From Pseudomonadota bacterium (GTDB lineage Bacteria > Myxococcota_A > Polyangia > Polyangiales > Polyangiaceae): 64,000 nucleotides of DNA. The notes below the pieces were generated by a model. That model did not search any database and was not told where the DNA came from. It saw only the letters and a program-made list of their open reading frames with translations. The stretch covers positions 310-64,309 of the forward strand of contig JBDTYJ010000001.1 in the NCBI GenBank assembly GCA_040005755.1, written 5' to 3'. The translations under genes and the position numbers were made by a program. Below, one piece after another: positions 59,586-64,000 of this stretch; position 1 is the stretch's first letter, and each line of letters begins with the position of its first letter.

Positions 59586-60352
59586 TTCTCGACGTCCGCT
59601 GACGTCGGCGCGCGCGCGCCAAGGAACGAACTTTCTGGCCCCCGCTCATGCGGCATGTTGCGCGCGCACGCGCGTCGATGAGCGGATTCGTTCCTGAAGT
59701 TCGGCACAGGCTCCCGCCTGACGGCCCTGCTGGGTCCGAGTGGCGCCGGCGTTCACGACGAAGCTGGACGGCCGAGGCCGCGCAAGTCAAACGCTGGGCG
59801 AGGTTACCGCGGCAACAGGTTCAGCATTCGCGGCCGCCTCGAGTTGGCGCGGCCTGTTCAACGACCTGTGCAGCACCGGTACTGAGCGCTGAGCAAATGC
59901 CCCGAGATGCGTGCTCCGCGGCCGCTATCACTGCGCTTTGCGCGCGCCTCACCGGGCAGCAGGCTACGAGCTGCGAATGACTCCGGCGAAGCAGGCAGCA
60001 CGCCGGACGACGAAGAGGCGAGGACGCGCTCGCGCCCGAGTTGAAGTCGGCGGAAGTGTTCCAGGGCGAGTTCGATGTCGGATTCAGTGCCGTGCCGGCA
60101 GGCATCGTTGCAGCCGTATCCCTCGTGTGTCTCTGCGTTCTGAGCTGGATCCCGCCGAGAGAACACCTCCCGCTGGAAGCGCTGAGACCCGACATTCCGC
60201 GCCCGCACGCCAAGCGCACGCACTCGGTTCACGAGCATCCCAGAACCACGAGCAACCCAAAGCAGGGGGAAGTCGGCACCCACATCAACGTTAACTGAGA
60301 GTCGCGCCCGGCTTTGGTTGCGACGCACGGTCGACGACAACGTGGCCGCGCC

Positions 60353-60580
60353 GGACCTCCGTCTGCGCGCCCGCGAACTTCGGTGCCGTCGACCCGGAAT
60401 CCCCGCTACCCCGCGAGCCCGAACCTCGGTCTGCCCGCCCGTGAACTTCGGGGCCGTCGACCCGGAATCCTCGCTACCCCGCGAGCCCGACCCTCGGTCC
60501 CCGCGAGTCCGAACTCGGTGCCGCGAGCCCGACCCTCGGTCCCCGCCGAAACCTCGGCACCCGCGAGCCCGAACCTCGCT
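60353..60580. repeat. Intergenic direct-repeat array (68-bp duplication plus ~20-bp CCGCGAGCCCGAnCCTCGG units)
   Basis: 60353-60420 is nearly identical to 60421-60488; short unit at 60411, 60479, 60501, 60521 and 60561. Confidence 0.85.
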
Positions 60581-60951
60581 GCGATCGCACAAGGAATCGG
60601 TGACCCTGTAACCGCGACCTTCGTAGCACCCGGCCGGACCCGCGTGCGCGACCCGGACCTCGGAGCGCGCTGGCCCGGACCCGAGGAGTGCCTGAGTCCC
60701 CACCGGGTTTAGAGCGAAGCGCGTCTTGCGACGACGGACCTCGCGCCGCGCAGTAGCTTTCCGGCACCGCACTGCTCGAACGCCTCGCGCTTTAGAAGTG
60801 CGTTCGCCGACCATGGCCAGCCTAAGGTGCCTCAACGACGACAATCACCGCGAGCGGCGTGACCGCGCCAACTCACTCATCCTCTCATTCCACGCGCAAG
60901 CGCAGCCGACACCCGCGGTCTCTCGATTGCCTGGTGAAGCGTAACCTGCCG

Positions 60952-60967
60952 CGTTTCACGTGAAACA
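60952..60967. promoter_or_regulatory. parS centromere site
   Basis: CGTTTCACGTGAAACA, 15/16 match to the consensus, intergenic. Confidence 0.88.
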
Positions 60968-61050
60968 GATAAATATTTGGAGTTTTTATAAAATACTAAG
61001 TAAATACAAATAGTTGTAACTAGACCGCATTCGGTACATAAATAAGAAAA
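60961..61050. other. AT-rich tract
   Basis: 68 of 90 nt are A/T by manual count, with five AAATA motifs, in an otherwise GC-rich window. Confidence 0.85.
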
Positions 61051-61118
61051 CAAAGCGTTCTCAATATCCTCGCTTTGTTGCTCATCTTCTGATCGCGATC
61101 CGTCCGCCTCCCAATGAG

Positions 61119-61142
61119 CATTGAGATATACTGCTCTCAATG
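61119..61142. promoter_or_regulatory. Putative TetR operator palindrome enclosing the -10 box and start codon
   Basis: CATTGAGA-TATACTGC-TCTCAATG; TATACT lies 7 nt before ATG 61140. Confidence 0.7.
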
Positions 61143-61754
61143 AAGCCTGCCGAGCTGGAGCCAGCGCCGAAGCGAGGTCAGTACGACCGCGCGCTGAGCC
61201 GGCGTGAGCGGCAAGAAGCCCAGCGCGAGCGTGTGATCGCGGCATTGTCCGCGCTCGCTGCTGAAAATCGCGAGCTCAGCATCGCGAATATCGTCGAGGC
61301 CGCCGGCATCGGCCGGAACACGTTCTACGAATACTTCGACGACGTCGATCATGCATTGGCCGCCGTGAAAGCACGGGCGGTGCGCGAACTCAGCGCGCGC
61401 GCCGAGGCGGCGATGCGAGCAGCGCGTACGCCGCTCGAGCGCATTCGCGCGCTAGCGCGAGCCTGGGCCGAGAATTTGTTCGCCGATTCAACGACCGTGA
61501 GTCTCGCGCTGCGACCTGAGGCGGAGAGTGCGGACGGGACGCAATTGTCGGTGCTAGGCCAATTTGTCGCCAGCCTGCTGCTGGCCGAAGGTGACGCGCG
61601 GAACGCGCTCCCCGGCTTGGCAGACGCACTCAAACTCAACGCCGTTGCGGCGGTTTTTGATGCGATCAGCCGCACGCAGTTGCGGTCGCAGCGCTTGGCC
61701 AGCGAAGAGCTGCAAAGCGTCCTCACTGACCTCGCGCTGCGCCTGCTTCGCTAG
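61140..61754 (+). CDS. TetR/AcrR-family transcriptional regulator
   Basis: HTH SIANIVEAAGIGRNTFYEYF. Confidence 0.92.
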   Translation: MKPAELEPAPKRGQYDRALSRRERQEAQRERVIAALSALAAENRELSIANIVEAAGIGRNTFYEYFDDVDHALAAVKARAVRELSARAEAAMRAARTPLERIRALARAWAENLFADSTTVSLALRPEAESADGTQLSVLGQFVASLLLAEGDARNALPGLADALKLNAVAAVFDAISRTQLRSQRLASEELQSVLTDLALRLLR

Positions 61755-61952
61755 TGTCCTGCGGTTCGCGTGCGGCTGCCGGCGTCGGGCGCCGCCGGTC
61801 CTCGGTTAGACCAGTGACTCGGCGGTCGGGCTGTGGAAAACCTGCGGACTTTATGGGGCCCGCTCGCGCGGCCGATCGATTTCGAGACATCGCCGAAAAC
61901 AGGTGAGCCGAGCATTTCCATCAAGGCGCCGCGGTGCTAGCGTCCCTCGCGC

Positions 61953-62333
61953 ATGCCCAAAGGTCCGGTCGAGCTCCGTGTTGGCGGGCAGACCTACCGC
62001 GTCGTAGCGACTGCGGAAGAGGCCGACTTGCATCGTCTGGCAGACGTGGTGGACGAGCGCTTGCGCAAGCTGACGGCGCCGGGTCGCAGCGTGTCACCTC
62101 AATCGCTGTTGCTTGCTGCTCTCTCGCTGGCCCATGACCTCGAGGAGGAACGCGGCCGTCGGCTCCGCTCCGAGCAGCGCGCCCGCGAAATGCTGAGCAG
62201 CCTGGTCGCGCGCATTGATGCAGCGCTGGACGCGGATTCCGCAGATTCTGCGGAACCGTCGATCGCGCAGCCCGCCGTGCCGCCGAATGAAGCCGAGGTC
62301 GAATTCGACTTCGGTCCGTCGCCAGAACCCTAA
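61953..62333 (+). CDS. zapA: Cell division protein ZapA
   Basis: V.L.VGGQTY.V, E..L..LA..VD, LLAALSLA.DL, followed by a coiled coil. Confidence 0.88.
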   Translation: MPKGPVELRVGGQTYRVVATAEEADLHRLADVVDERLRKLTAPGRSVSPQSLLLAALSLAHDLEEERGRRLRSEQRAREMLSSLVARIDAALDADSADSAEPSIAQPAVPPNEAEVEFDFGPSPEP

Positions 62334-62351
62334 ATCGCGGCGCGCCCAGCT

Positions 62352-62912
62352 CTAATCGCCCGGGTCCGGCGCCTTGTGCAGCCACTCGTAGCCCAGGATG
62401 AAGGGCAGCGCGAGCCACAAGCCGTCGATCTGTAGACCAACATACAGCGTGTTGCCGTGGTCGGCGTCGAACGCGCGGTCCCCGCCCAGCACGAGGCCGC
62501 TAGCCATTGCGTACGCGCCGTGAAAGTTGTGGCTGCGCAAACCAAAAAAGACGTCGCCGCTGACCCGCGCGTCGCTGCCGTTGCGACTTAGACCGCCCGC
62601 CGACAGAATAATCGGAAAGTCGCCGGAGAAAGTAGGCACCAGCAGGCTCACGCCCGCGCCAAAGCGCGCGTCCTGGAACTTAGCCGTGCCAAGCGTGGCG
62701 TAGGGGCCGAGGGCAAAGTCCGAATTGCGATCCCGCCCAAATAGAAGGTCAGCGCGTAGAGCGCCGCAGAACGCTGTTTTTTGCCAGATCTTGGCCTCCG
62801 CCCCCAGAGCGCACAGTTGCGTTTGGGCTGCGAGGTTCCATTCAGGTTCGGCATGCAGCGGCGGTGCTGCGAGCACTAGCCCGAGCAACGTGGCAAAAGG
62901 TGCGACGCGCAT
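62352..62912 (-). CDS. Hypothetical exported protein (beta-strand-rich, possibly outer membrane)
   Basis: Signal peptide MRVAPFATLLGLVLAAPPLHA; alternating amphipathic strands. Confidence 0.65.
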   Translation of the reverse strand: MRVAPFATLLGLVLAAPPLHAEPEWNLAAQTQLCALGAEAKIWQKTAFCGALRADLLFGRDRNSDFALGPYATLGTAKFQDARFGAGVSLLVPTFSGDFPIILSAGGLSRNGSDARVSGDVFFGLRSHNFHGAYAMASGLVLGGDRAFDADHGNTLYVGLQIDGLWLALPFILGYEWLHKAPDPGD

Positions 62913-62956
62913 GTTGGCTTGGAGGGTAGGGCGAGCCGTTAACGGCTCCGGACCGA

Positions 62957-63769
62957 CTATGGCGTCATCGACGACATATATGCGGGGTTCTTCGTCGGAT
63001 CCTTGCAGGCGTCGTACGAGGCGGAACAAAGCGTGCACGAGATTGGCGCGTCTTGACCAAGAATGCACGGTGCCGCAGCTGCACTCGCCATGTCCGCCGC
63101 GGATGGGCTCGGACACATATACGTGGCTGCAGTCGGATCGCCTTGGGCTGGATACGTCACCAAGCAACCACTGCAAATCGTAATTGGGAAATCCAGCTCA
63201 CTCGAGGTCACCGACTTCCCGCCCAGGGTATTGCCAAATACCCGAATTTTCGCCAAGACCTGGCCCGGCAGTGAGCCGCTTGCCGCGACAGCAGCGGGAA
63301 TCAGACTTACTGACACTGCCGCGTAAGAGGGCGCATCGCCTGCTGCGGCGTCCACGAACCCAGTGCCAACCGTCGAGTAGTGCGCGCTGCTCGTCGTCGT
63401 TTTGCCGGCGGCGTCCGTGCGGGTGATCTTGATGTCTTCCCCGCCCAACGTGGTGAGCGTGACCTCTGCACCGCGTAGCGAGACGCGCGATGTTTCGGTG
63501 CGCAGTTGTTCGCGAGACCCGCGCTGAGTCAGCTGATTGCCGACCAAGAGGAACGCCGTGTAATCCTGCTTGAAGACGGTGTCCAAGACACCCGCGGGCA
63601 ACATTGCGGCGGTGGTGTCCGGCTTTGCAAGGCAGGCCGACTCGTTGATGGCGATGACCCCGACCACGAACATGGAGCTATCGTTCGTCGCGCAGCCGGG
63701 CGCAAAGGCGAGTGAGCCAAGCGTGAGCAAGCCCGCAGTAAGCAAGTACTTGGTTTTCGAGCGGCGCAT
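62957..63769 (-). CDS. Hypothetical Cys-rich lipoprotein
   Basis: GAGG RBS, basic N-terminus, lipobox APGC; C..CL and C..GQD....C..C motifs. Confidence 0.75.
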   Translation of the reverse strand: MRRSKTKYLLTAGLLTLGSLAFAPGCATNDSSMFVVGVIAINESACLAKPDTTAAMLPAGVLDTVFKQDYTAFLLVGNQLTQRGSREQLRTETSRVSLRGAEVTLTTLGGEDIKITRTDAAGKTTTSSAHYSTVGTGFVDAAAGDAPSYAAVSVSLIPAAVAASGSLPGQVLAKIRVFGNTLGGKSVTSSELDFPITICSGCLVTYPAQGDPTAATYMCPSPSAADMASAAAAPCILGQDAPISCTLCSASYDACKDPTKNPAYMSSMTP

Positions 63770-63895
63770 AGGGACCTCAAAGGCTGCGACGCGAAGGGGC
63801 GCGCACCTAAGTGAAGTGTACCGAGCCACTCAGCACGACGCCAAGATTGTGCCGAATCACACTTAATGAAGTGGGAGATCCGCGGCGGAAGTCGG

Positions 63896-64000
63896 TCACT
63901 CTGCCAGGGCCAGCACGTGCGACCTCAACTCGCTCAGCGGAATAGGCAACGTCTCGACCTGCCCCAGGCCGCGCGCCATCACGAACCGAACCGCCGAGCC
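63896..64000 (-). CDS. aroB: 3' end of a probable 3-dehydroquinate synthase (partial)
   Basis: Translates GSAVRFVMARGLGQVETLPIPLSELRSHVLALAE*, resembling the AroB C-terminus (RFV...GIG); only 35 codons are visible. Confidence 0.5.
   Translation of the reverse strand, partial: GSAVRFVMARGLGQVETLPIPLSELRSHVLALAE

Noticed and set aside
60353-60580. CRISPR array
   Set aside because: Units are adjacent and degenerate with no unique constant-length spacers; no cas genes in the window
59648-60944. Short overlapping ORFs in the bioF-tetR interval (e.g. 59858-60844 minus, 60041-60298 plus)
   Set aside because: No recognisable domains or clear RBS and partly repeat-derived; a small real gene cannot be excluded
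60952-61140. Definitive oriC call
   Set aside because: No DnaA-box cluster beside the AT-rich tract and no dnaA/dnaN/parAB in the window; kept only as a hypothesis
62334-62351. 6S RNA (ssrS), often found downstream of zapA
   Set aside because: Only 18 nt separate zapA from the convergent gene, leaving no room

Overview
GC-rich chromosomal DNA; the gene content (Ser/Thr kinase, GYF-like/GAF protein, cis-AT PKS, many lipoproteins) suggests a myxobacterium (Polyangiales-like), which is an inference. 1-13.2 kb: the 3' end of a cis-AT type I PKS cluster (partial KR-ACP; KS-AT-cMT-KR-ACP; KS-AT-DH-ER-KR-ACP; no TE), followed by a serpin lipoprotein and an OsmC protein. 15.3-27.8 kb (minus strand): a two-gene cassette encoding a ~3,480-aa Ser/Thr-rich protein built almost entirely of 8-residue repeats with 80/192-aa super-periods and no signal peptide, plus a TPR-GT41 (OGT/SPINDLY-type) glycosyltransferase. 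This is the best candidate for an undescribed system. The rest is mostly core genes (rpoZ, dnaJ-like, add, VKOR-DsbA, rnr, serS, livKHMGF, tyrA, rpe, MoxR-DUF58-transglutaminase, bioFD, tetR, zapA, 3' end of aroB). Notable oddities: an apparently catalytically dead DAHP synthase that keeps its regulatory domain and is coupled to an ACT-less TyrA; an orphan DNA methyltransferase; twin Gly-rich LNPQPDLPG lipopeptides; a sigma54 promoter with an upstream palindrome; and two parS sites flanking an iteron-like repeat array beside an AT-rich tract. No tRNA, rRNA, CRISPR or IS element was seen. All calls come from motif recognition by eye; no database searches were run.
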